Shown here: in pieces, positions 1 through 7,907 of the stretch
Layout of the letters: each line of letters starts with the position of its first letter
How positions within the stretch are numbered: position 1 is the first letter of the stretch
NCBI GenBank assembly: GCA_900555555.1
Contig: USLK01000002.1
Span: 22,577 to 86,576, forward strand
DNA: 64,000 nt
Reading direction: 5' to 3'
DNA from: an uncultured Collinsella sp.
Lineage (GTDB): Bacteria > Actinomycetota > Coriobacteriia > Coriobacteriales > Coriobacteriaceae
Notes under the pieces: model-generated
What the model was told of the DNA's origin: nothing
Database searches by the model: none
What the model saw: the letters and a program-made list of their open reading frames with translations, nothing else
Program-made: the position numbers and the translations under genes

Positions 1-2
1 TG

Positions 3-485
3 CTCCGCCATCCCGCCCGCTGGGATGCGAGGAGCGTGGTGAGCTTCATGCTGTTCGTGGGCCCCACGAGCTCGGTGTTCGATATCACCACGTTCGCGTT
101 GCTGTTCTTCGTGGTATGCCCGGCTGTCCTGGGGGCTCCGTTCGCCGCGCTCGACCGTCAGGGACAGACTCTCTTCGCGATGCTTTTCCAGACGGGCTGG
201 TGCATCGAGTCGATGTGGACGCAGACGCTGGTCGTTCATATGGTGCGCACGCGCAAGGTCCCGTTCGTGCAGAGCCGCCCTTCCATGGTGCTGCTGCTGG
301 CCGGAATCGCGGGCATCGCGCTCATGACCGCGCTGCCCTATACGTCCGCCGCAGGGGCGTTCGGTCTTGTCGCGTCGCTCCCGTGGTGGTTCTTCATGCT
401 GCTGATCGGAATCGTGGCGGGATACGCCGCGCTGGTGACGATCGTCAAGCATTGGTATGTCCGTCGTTTCGGACTGTGGCTGTAG
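3..485 (+). CDS. mgtA: Magnesium-translocating P-type ATPase, C-terminal part (5' end outside window)
   Basis: GPTSSVFD, FQTGW-IES-WTQTLVVHMVRT-KVPFVQS and KHWYVRRFG are typical MgtA C-terminal motifs; the frame is open to the left edge. Confidence 0.9.
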   Translation, partial: LRHPARWDARSVVSFMLFVGPTSSVFDITTFALLFFVVCPAVLGAPFAALDRQGQTLFAMLFQTGWCIESMWTQTLVVHMVRTRKVPFVQSRPSMVLLLAGIAGIALMTALPYTSAAGAFGLVASLPWWFFMLLIGIVAGYAALVTIVKHWYVRRFGLWL

Positions 486-502
486 CCGCAACACTAGATA
501 TG

Positions 503-546
503 GGCGCGGGCCGCATCGGAGCAGATGACGGCCCGCGCCAGTTTCC
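503..546 (+). terminator. Probable intrinsic terminator after mgtA
   Basis: GC stem ggcgcgggccg...cggcccgcgcc followed by a short T run. Confidence 0.55.
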
Positions 547-692
547 ACGGCTTCGTTGCGACTTGTGAAGGACCTGGGAACGGCCCGTGGCGATGTTTTC
601 ATATCAGTGCAGGTAGACGGGCCGGTACCGGAATCCCTTTTCTGCATCTTTAAATGTGAATAAAAATAAGCACATTGCGCTGACCTGCGGGA

Positions 693-739
693 ACACAATA
701 TATAGTAGTGGTTTTAGAAATACGTACCAGATGTAGTAA
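693..739 (+). promoter_or_regulatory. Tandem NrdR boxes
   Basis: acaCaAtATaTaGtag (693-708) and gtaCcAgATgTaGtaa (724-739) match the NrdR consensus acaCwAtATaTwGtg, are 31 bp apart and lie upstream of nrdD. Confidence 0.85.
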
Positions 740-870
740 CCAAAATGGTCTATCATAGAGCTAACGAAAAACAGAGGCCTCGGAATCATGTTGGCACGTC
801 TTCATGGTTCCGAGGTTTTTACCCCTTGCGGGGTTACGAGCGGGGTTTTGATAGGGAGAGGATGCACGGT

Positions 871-3093
871 ATGAAGATCATCAAGCGCAGCGGCTCCGAG
901 GTTACCTTCGACCTCAACAAGATCGTCCATGCCATCCAGGCCGCGAACCTGGAGGTACAGGAGAGCGATCGTTTGACCGAGCGCCAGATCACCTATGCCG
1001 CCCAGAATGTCGAGGAGCGCTGCGAGGAGGCCGGCCACACCGTATCCGTGGAGGAGATCCAGGATATGGTGGAGGATGAGATCATGGCGCTCGACCGCTA
1101 CGAGGTCGCCCGCCACTACATCATCTATCGCTATGTGCAGAGCGTGAAGCGCCAGAAGAACACCACCGACGACAAGATCCTGTCGCTCATCGAGTGCAAC
1201 AACGAAGAGGTCAAGCAGGAGAACTCCAACAAGAACCCCACCGTCAACTCGGTGCAGCGCGACTACATGGCCGGTGAGGTCTCCAAGGACCTCACGCAGC
1301 GCGTGCTGCTGCCCGAGGATGTGGTGGAGGCCCACAACGAGGGTATCATCCACTTCCACGATTCCGATTACTTCGCCCAGCATATGCACAACTGCGACCT
1401 GGTGAACCTGGACGACATGCTGCAGAACGGCACCGTCATCTCCGGTACGCTCATCGAGAAGCCGCACAGCTTCTCCACCGCGTGCAATATCGCCACGCAG
1501 ATCATCGCCCAGGTGGCCAGCTCCCAGTACGGCGGCCAGTCCATCTCGCTCACGCACCTCGCGCCGTTCGTCGAGGTCAGCCGCCAGAAGATCCGCCGTG
1601 AGGTCACGCGCGAGCTCGAAGAACTCGGCGTCACCGCCGACGAGGGGAAGATCTCCAAGGTGGTTGAGGACCGCCTGCGCGATGAGATCCGCCGTGGCGT
1701 CCAGACCATCCAATACCAGGTCGTTACCCTCATGACCACCAACGGCCAGGCTCCGTTCGTGACGGTGTTCATGTACCTCAACGAGGCCCGCTCCGAGCGC
1801 GAGAAGCTCGATCTGGCCATGATCATCGAGGAGACGCTGCGCCAGCGCTACGAGGGCGTGAAGAACGAGGCCGGCGTGTGGATCACCCCTGCGTTCCCCA
1901 AGCTCATCTACGTGCTCGAGGAGGACAACATCCACGAGGACTCGCCGTTCTTCTACCTCACCAAGCTGGCCGCCAAGTGCACCGCCAAGCGCATGGTGCC
2001 CGACTATATCTCCGAGAAGAAGATGCGCGAGCTCAAGCTCTCCAAGGGTGAGACCGAGGGCAACGGCGATTGCTACACCTGCATGGGATGCCGCAGCTTC
2101 CTCACGCCGGACCGCACGGGCAACGGCTACGACAACGTGGCCAACGCCGGCAATTACGAGCCCGGCAAGCCCAAGTACTACGGTCGCTTCAACCAAGGCG
2201 TCGTCACCATCAACCTGCCGGACGTCGCGCTGTCCTCGCACGGCGACATGGATGAGTTCTGGAAGATCTTCGACGAGCGCCTGGAGCTGTGCCACAAGGC
2301 ACTGCGCTGCCGTCATGAGCGTCTGCTGGGCACGCTGTCCGATGCCGCCCCGATCCTGTGGCAATACGGTGCCCTTGCACGCCTCAAGAAGGGCGAGCTG
2401 ATCGATAAACTGCTGTACGGCGGGTACTCCACGATTTCGCTGGGGTATGCGGGCCTGTACGAGTGCGTGAAGTACATGACCGGCCACAGCCACACCGATG
2501 AGCAGGGCACGCCGTTCGCCACGGCCGTGATGCAGCGCATGAACGACAAGTGCAACGAGTGGAAGGCCGCTGAGGACATCGACTACTCCCTGTACGGCAC
2601 GCCGCTGGAGTCCACCACGTACAAGTTCGCCAAGTGCCTGCAGCGCCGCTTCGGTATCATCCCGGGTGTTACGGACAAGGGCTACATCACCAACAGCTAT
2701 CACGTGCATGTGAGCGAGGAGATCGACGCCTTCGACAAGCTCAAGTTCGAGAGCCAGTTCCAGCGTCTGTCCCCGGGCGGCGCCATTTCCTATGTCGAGG
2801 TGCCCAACATGCAGGATAACCTCAAGGCCGTTATCCGCGTGATCCAGTACATCTACGACAACATCATGTACGCCGAGCTCAACACCAAGAGCGACTACTG
2901 CCAGAAGTGTGGATACGACGGCGAGATCAAGATCGTGGAGGACGACGGCAAACTTGAGTGGGAGTGCCCCAATTGCGGCAACCGCGATCATGACACGCTC
3001 AACGTGGCGCGCCGCACGTGCGGCTACATCGGCACGCAGTTCTGGAACCAGGGCCGCACCGAGGAAATCCGCGACCGCGTGCTGCATCTGTAG
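871..3093 (+). CDS. nrdD: Anaerobic (class III) ribonucleoside-triphosphate reductase
   Basis: N-terminal ATP cone (MKIIKRSG), CxxC...CxxC zinc site, glycyl radical motif RRTCGYIG; start placed at ATG 871 after GAGAGGA. Confidence 0.97.
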   Translation: MKIIKRSGSEVTFDLNKIVHAIQAANLEVQESDRLTERQITYAAQNVEERCEEAGHTVSVEEIQDMVEDEIMALDRYEVARHYIIYRYVQSVKRQKNTTDDKILSLIECNNEEVKQENSNKNPTVNSVQRDYMAGEVSKDLTQRVLLPEDVVEAHNEGIIHFHDSDYFAQHMHNCDLVNLDDMLQNGTVISGTLIEKPHSFSTACNIATQIIAQVASSQYGGQSISLTHLAPFVEVSRQKIRREVTRELEELGVTADEGKISKVVEDRLRDEIRRGVQTIQYQVVTLMTTNGQAPFVTVFMYLNEARSEREKLDLAMIIEETLRQRYEGVKNEAGVWITPAFPKLIYVLEEDNIHEDSPFFYLTKLAAKCTAKRMVPDYISEKKMRELKLSKGETEGNGDCYTCMGCRSFLTPDRTGNGYDNVANAGNYEPGKPKYYGRFNQGVVTINLPDVALSSHGDMDEFWKIFDERLELCHKALRCRHERLLGTLSDAAPILWQYGALARLKKGELIDKLLYGGYSTISLGYAGLYECVKYMTGHSHTDEQGTPFATAVMQRMNDKCNEWKAAEDIDYSLYGTPLESTTYKFAKCLQRRFGIIPGVTDKGYITNSYHVHVSEEIDAFDKLKFESQFQRLSPGGAISYVEVPNMQDNLKAVIRVIQYIYDNIMYAELNTKSDYCQKCGYDGEIKIVEDDGKLEWECPNCGNRDHDTLNVARRTCGYIGTQFWNQGRTEEIRDRVLHL

Positions 3094-3165
3094 CGAGCGC
3101 CGGCGAGTCTGTCTGAGGTTTTCGACTGCGTAGCTCCGGTTTGTGAAATTCACCGGCATCGATTG

Positions 3166-3200
3166 CCCGGGCCGCACTTCTTGCGGCCCGGGTTTTATTT
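3166..3200 (+). terminator. Intrinsic terminator between nrdD and nrdG
   Basis: cccgggccgca...tgcggcccggg stem followed by ttttattt. Confidence 0.65.
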
Positions 3201-3335
3201 GGCGCAGACCCGCGCGCCCTGGCGGCCGCATCATCAAAGTGGGACAATGGAAACTCACGATACGGCGGTTTTCGAGGGACCGCCGCAATGCTGTGCCGCG
3301 CCTGCGCGCGCCGGGGTTGGGTTTTGGGGGAGTCC

Positions 3336-3917
3336 ATGAATTATGCGGAGATCAAGTATTTCGACATCGCCAACGGCGAGGGTGTTCGCACCTCGCTGTT
3401 CGTGAGCGGCTGTCGCCGCGGGTGCCCCAACTGCTTCAACGATGTGGCCTGGGATTTCTGCGCCGGCAATCTCTTTACGGCCGATGTCGAAGATAAAATC
3501 ATCACGAGCATGGACCATGAGTTCATCGATGGGTTGACCATTTTGGGTGGCGAGCCCATGGAGCCCGAGAACCAGGCCGGTCTGGTTGAATTTGTCGAAC
3601 GCGTGCGCCGCGCGTATCCGCGCGAAAGCGGCAAGACCATCTGGTGCTTCACGGGTGACGTGCTTGAGTGCGAGCTGCTCGAAGGCGGGCGGCATCACAC
3701 CGAATTCACCGACCGCCTGCTCGATTGCATCGATATTTTGGTGGACGGCCCGTATGTGGATGCGTTGCACGATATTTCGCTGCGGTTCCGTGGTTCGTCC
3801 AACCAACGCATCATCGATATGCCCGCTACGCTGGCGGCTTTGCGCGCGGGGGAGACGGGTGCCGCAGCCGTGCGCCAGTGGCAAGACGACCCGGTGTTCA
3901 CCACGCATACGATGTAG
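3336..3917 (+). CDS. nrdG: Anaerobic ribonucleotide reductase activating protein (radical SAM)
   Basis: DIANGEGVRTSLFVSGCRRGCPNCFN (CxxxCxxC), GGEP, FRGSSNQRII. Confidence 0.96.
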   Translation: MNYAEIKYFDIANGEGVRTSLFVSGCRRGCPNCFNDVAWDFCAGNLFTADVEDKIITSMDHEFIDGLTILGGEPMEPENQAGLVEFVERVRRAYPRESGKTIWCFTGDVLECELLEGGRHHTEFTDRLLDCIDILVDGPYVDALHDISLRFRGSSNQRIIDMPATLAALRAGETGAAAVRQWQDDPVFTTHTM

Positions 3918-4170
3918 ATGCGAGCCTTGCGGAGATGGCGGCTCGGTAGTTCCTTTTTCACAGTCGACTTGATGGGGCCGGGAGCATGGCGGGAGATGCC
4001 ATGTTCCCGGCCCTTTGGTAATTTGCGGGGTGGCTGGAATTGCGAGCAGGGCTGCGTGAGGCGGGCTGCGAGGGTGACGATTTCGACGGCTCCTGCTGAC
4101 ACGGATGCGGAGGTGAGCGTGGGGACGCGTGGGTTTTGCCGGTGCGCATGCGTTGGCGACCGAGCTGGCA

Positions 4171-4658
4171 ACCCTCATAAAACGTTTTGTGTGGTGCTTG
4201 GGCGCCGCAGGTTTCATTTTGTGTGGTAGTTTTCTACCGCAGATTATTATCGTGCGGTAGTTTTTGCGCCTCTGCTTCACCGTTGCAAAAACGCTATGTT
4301 ATCTACCTGGTAGTTTGTGATGCCGGATTCCGGCAATGTGAACGTTTCACTTGAAAAATGCCGCACAAATAAGATATGTGGTAGAAAAATGCCGCACAAA
4401 AGATTTGTGTGGCGGGGAACCACCACATGAGATGGTCTCTGCGGTGATTCGGACACGAACGCAAACCACATGAGATGGTTGCTGCGGTAGCCGTGACCCT
4501 GCCGCCACCGCGCGGGATGGTTACTGCGGTAGCCCCGGCATGGACGACTATCACAGCAGGTGTTCGCTGCGGTAGCCCGGACATGAACGGGCGTCGCATG
4601 AGGGCCCGTTGGGGTAGGCCAGGCGCAAGTGGCCGCCGCATGGGATAGCCTTTGCGGT
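4171..4658. repeat. Phased palindromic repeat array (RCCRCA-N11/12-TGYGGY), about 11 units, no adjacent nuclease gene
   Basis: Units start at ~4172, 4204, 4236, 4360, 4391, 4422, 4465, 4507, 4550, 4593, 4635; ATCTACCTG at 4301; similar to the array at 33.1 kb. Confidence 0.85.
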
Positions 4659-4830
4659 GGACGGACGAGGGCAACCGTGCGCGGCTCGCTTAACGGGCAT
4701 GCAACGACAGATGCCGCGGACCGGGTGCGCCGTGCTGCGAAAGGGGATATGTTGCCGCCCTGCCTTCATCTGCCCAGATCGGTCTCCGGGTGGTACCATA
4801 CCCACATAAACCATGATGAAGGGGTCAGCT

Positions 4831-5391
4831 ATGGTCGATCAAGATAAGGTAAAGCAAGCGGTTTCGATGTTGCTCGAGGCGGTGGGCGAGGATCCCACGC
4901 GCGAGGGTCTGCTCGAGACGCCGGACCGTGTTGCTCGCATGTATACCCAGCTGCTCGGCGGCATGGACTCGGATGCCTCGGAGCACCTGTCCAAGTCGTT
5001 TGAGGTCGTCGATAACGGCATGGTCATCGAGCGCGACATCACGTTCCACTCCCTGTGCGAGCACCATATGCTGCCGTTCTACGGCAAAGCTACCGTTGCG
5101 TATATTCCCAACGGCCACGTTGCCGGCCTGTCCAAGCTGGCGCGCACCGTTGAGGTGTTCGCGCGCCGCCTGCAGCTTCAGGAGCGTATGACCGCCCAGG
5201 TGGCCGATGCGTTGATGGAGCATCTGGATTGCGCGGGGTGCATCGTTTTGGTTGAGGCCGAGCACATGTGCATGACCATGCGCGGCGTGCAAAAGCCCGG
5301 CACCAAGACCGTCACGCTGGCTCGCCGCGGGGTATTCGAGACCTACCCTACGTTGGAAGCCCGTTTCTTCAATATGCTTGCGGCGAAATAG
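4831..5391 (+). CDS. folE: GTP cyclohydrolase I
   Basis: REGLLETPDRVARMY, SLCEHHMLPF, GLSKLAR, LQLQER, HMCMTMRGV. Confidence 0.97.
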   Translation: MVDQDKVKQAVSMLLEAVGEDPTREGLLETPDRVARMYTQLLGGMDSDASEHLSKSFEVVDNGMVIERDITFHSLCEHHMLPFYGKATVAYIPNGHVAGLSKLARTVEVFARRLQLQERMTAQVADALMEHLDCAGCIVLVEAEHMCMTMRGVQKPGTKTVTLARRGVFETYPTLEARFFNMLAAK

Positions 5392-5426
5392 ACCGTCATA
5401 TTAAGCGAGAGATCGGAGCGGATACC

Positions 5427-6008
5427 ATGGCCTTCGATGTCCTGTCGCGCGTTGATGCGATTTGGCGTCATCCAACGTATCAGGCTGCAATGCAGCAGAT
5501 TGAGTGCGTGGAGCGCGAGCGCGCCTACTGCCGCCATGGCTTCGACCATTGCCTCGACGTTGCACGTATCGCATGGGTCGCGGTGCTGGAGGATGGGCTC
5601 GGCTTGCCGCGGGATCTGGTGTACGCCGCGGCGCTGCTGCATGATGTCGGTCGTGCGGCGGAGTATGTGTGTGGCGAGCCGCACGATGCGGCAAGCGTGC
5701 GCATCGCGCGCGCCATTATGGGTACGGTAGATGAGGACGTGGCGTTTTCCGCAAAAGAGCAAGATGCTATCTGCCATGCGATCGCCGGCCATCGGGGTCC
5801 CAGCGCATCGGGGGCTATGGCGGCAGGGCAATCCTCGGGTCACCCGGACGCACCGGATGATGCGGCGCATGTTCCGGTCTCTTGCGCGGAGCGGCTGGCC
5901 GACGTGCTGTGCCGGGCAGATAACCTGTCGCGTCCCTGCTATGCGTGCGCGGCCCAGGCGGGATGCTATTGGCCCCGCGAGCGCAAAAACCTGTCGATTC
6001 GCGTCTAG
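5427..6008 (+). CDS. HD-domain phosphohydrolase
   Basis: H...AALLHDVGR...H...AD HD motifs; C-terminal CxxC; lies between folE and folB. Confidence 0.85.
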   Translation: MAFDVLSRVDAIWRHPTYQAAMQQIECVERERAYCRHGFDHCLDVARIAWVAVLEDGLGLPRDLVYAAALLHDVGRAAEYVCGEPHDAASVRIARAIMGTVDEDVAFSAKEQDAICHAIAGHRGPSASGAMAAGQSSGHPDAPDDAAHVPVSCAERLADVLCRADNLSRPCYACAAQAGCYWPRERKNLSIRV

Positions 6009-6043
6009 CGTTGCGCTGGCCGCGGGATTGGGATCGGTGAAAA

Positions 6044-6526
6044 ATGGAAACCAGGCATTTGCCGCAGACTATCCAAGATGACCGGGGCGCGCTCGCCCGT
6101 TGCGACCACCAGGCCCCCGCACCGCGTACGCAGCTGGCCCATGTTGAGTCGTCTCAGCTCAAGCGTCTCGACAAGATCGAGATCCAGGGGCTGGAGGTGT
6201 ACGCCAACCATGGTGTGTATGCCGAGGAGAACAAGCTCGGCCAGAAGTTCGTGGTGTCTCTTGTGCTGTACACGGACACCGCCAGCGCCGGCCGGAACGA
6301 CGATCTCTCGGCATCGATCGACTACGGCCAGGTTGCCCATGAGGTCGATCGATTCATGCGCGAGCATACGTTTCGCTTGATTGAGGCCGTGGCCGAGGGC
6401 GTGGCCGATATGCTGCTGAATACACATGATCTGCTGATGGCCGTGCGTGTGCGCATCGAGAAGCCGTGGGCCCCGGTGGGCCTGCCGCTCAAGACGGTTG
6501 CCGTGGAGATCGAGCGCACGCGCTAG
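6044..6526 (+). CDS. folB: Dihydroneopterin aldolase (start uncertain)
   Basis: DKIEIQGLEVYANHGV..EE..LGQKF, DDL..SIDYG, LIEAVAE, KPWAP. Confidence 0.92.
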   Translation: METRHLPQTIQDDRGALARCDHQAPAPRTQLAHVESSQLKRLDKIEIQGLEVYANHGVYAEENKLGQKFVVSLVLYTDTASAGRNDDLSASIDYGQVAHEVDRFMREHTFRLIEAVAEGVADMLLNTHDLLMAVRVRIEKPWAPVGLPLKTVAVEIERTR

Positions 6527-6532
6527 CCGCGC

Positions 6533-7234
6533 TTAACGTCCGATCCGTTCGACAGCCCGCAGCTCGTCTGCGGCGCATCCGGCTGCAATGTGCCCGGCCG
6601 CAACGGCTTCGGGCGTTTGCGCCAAGAGGGCGCGCGCCTTTTGCTCGTCTGGAAAATACGTGTGCAGCAGCATATGGAATCGTTGGTTGTGGCTCGCCTC
6701 CATGAGATGCGTGAGCTCATGGGCCACCACGTATTCCAGGCAGAGCGGGGGATAGGCGGCAAGGCTTGCATTGATGCGGATGCTGCCCGTTTTGGGGGTG
6801 CATGAGCCCCAGCGCGTCTTCATCGTGCGGACGCTCCAGCCGGTTGCATGCACGCCCATGATGTCCTCGAACGGCTTGGCGATCTTGGGAAGCCTCGATT
6901 TCACCTCGTGGCGGTATGCGGCCAGGCGCTCGGAGGGATCCTCGGGCAGGCTGCGGACAAGCGCTCCCCAGAGGGGATATCCCTGCTGGGCTCGCAGGCG
7001 CGACTGCTCGTCGATTTGCATCAGCTGCCGCTTCACGTGCCCCTGGATCCATTCGCTTCTGCGCGCTAGGAAGCTGTCGATGGAGTCGATGGCGCAACGC
7101 TCGGGAACGCTCAGCGTGATGCGCGCATCGTCGTGTACACGCAGGTTGAAGTTGTGCACGCGCTTGCGCGTAACCGTCACGGGCAGCTGCTCGCCCGCAT
7201 CCGTGGTGATATATCGTGTGAACGTGCGTTCCAA
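6533..7234 (-). CDS. M48/YgjP-like (SprT-like) zinc metalloprotein
   Basis: MKTRWGSC, YVVAHELTHL..NH..RF (HExxH); TTG start after GGAGG. Confidence 0.88.
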   Translation of the reverse strand: MERTFTRYITTDAGEQLPVTVTRKRVHNFNLRVHDDARITLSVPERCAIDSIDSFLARRSEWIQGHVKRQLMQIDEQSRLRAQQGYPLWGALVRSLPEDPSERLAAYRHEVKSRLPKIAKPFEDIMGVHATGWSVRTMKTRWGSCTPKTGSIRINASLAAYPPLCLEYVVAHELTHLMEASHNQRFHMLLHTYFPDEQKARALLAQTPEAVAAGHIAAGCAADELRAVERIGR

Positions 7235-7333
7235 AACCGCTCCTCCCGTGCGCTTGCGCCGGCAAACCACTATAGTGAATCACACCCGCCGTTGCGCGCA
7301 AGGTGCCACGGCACGAACAGGAACGAGGATTCC

Positions 7334-7762
7334 ATGTCCAACAATGGTAAGAACGTCAAGGCCCATTACCGTGGCACGCTCGACGATGGCACGCAGTTCG
7401 ACAGCAGCTACGACCGCGGCGAGCCCATCGCCTTCACCTGTGGCGCCGGCCAGATGATCGCCGGCTTCGATGCCGCTGTCATGGATATGCAGGTGGGCGA
7501 GAAGAAGTCCGTGCACATCCCGGCCGCCCAGGCGTACGGCGAGCGCCGCGACGACCTGCTCATGAACTTCCCTGCCGAGCAGGTTCCCAACATGGAGCAG
7601 ATCAAGGTGGGCGACAAGCTGTTCCTGCAGGCTCCCAACGGCATGCCCATCCCGGTCACCGTTGTAGACGTGGATGCATCCGGCGTGGTGCTCGATGCCA
7701 ACCATGAGCTGGCCGGCCAGGATCTCAATTTCGATATCGAGCTTGTCGAGGTCGAGGGCTAG
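7334..7762 (+). CDS. FKBP-type peptidyl-prolyl cis-trans isomerase (SlyD/FkpB-like)
   Basis: HYRGTLDDGTQFDSS, AYGER, DANHELAGQDLNFDIEL. Confidence 0.95.
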   Translation: MSNNGKNVKAHYRGTLDDGTQFDSSYDRGEPIAFTCGAGQMIAGFDAAVMDMQVGEKKSVHIPAAQAYGERRDDLLMNFPAEQVPNMEQIKVGDKLFLQAPNGMPIPVTVVDVDASGVVLDANHELAGQDLNFDIELVEVEG

Positions 7763-7782
7763 ATTTTCGCAGATGCTGCCGT

Positions 7783-7828
7783 GGCGCCCGTGTGGGTTCG
7801 ATCCCATGCGGGCGCCGTTTTGTTTTTG
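7783..7828 (+). terminator. Intrinsic terminator
   Basis: ggcgcccgtgtggg...cccatgcgggcgcc stem followed by gttttgttttt. Confidence 0.7.
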
Positions 7829-7907
7829 GCCTCCCGCGCCGTGGGCCCGCATGCCCGCTCGGTCGAGTAGACTGGAAGGTAGCAAAACGATACCGAAAGA
7901 GGTCACT

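Noticed and set aside
802..3288. Long antisense ORFs (also 42267-45083, 28787-31060, 47076-48941, 24821-26593)
   Set aside because: Shadow ORFs opposite well-identified high-GC genes, with no recognisable motifs
3255..4280. 341 aa minus-strand ORF over nrdG and the array
   Set aside because: Overlaps nrdG antisense, has low-complexity composition and no domain signature
7790..7816. gggttcgatccc as a tRNA T-arm or att site
   Set aside because: No D-arm, anticodon arm or acceptor stem; it is the loop of a terminator hairpin
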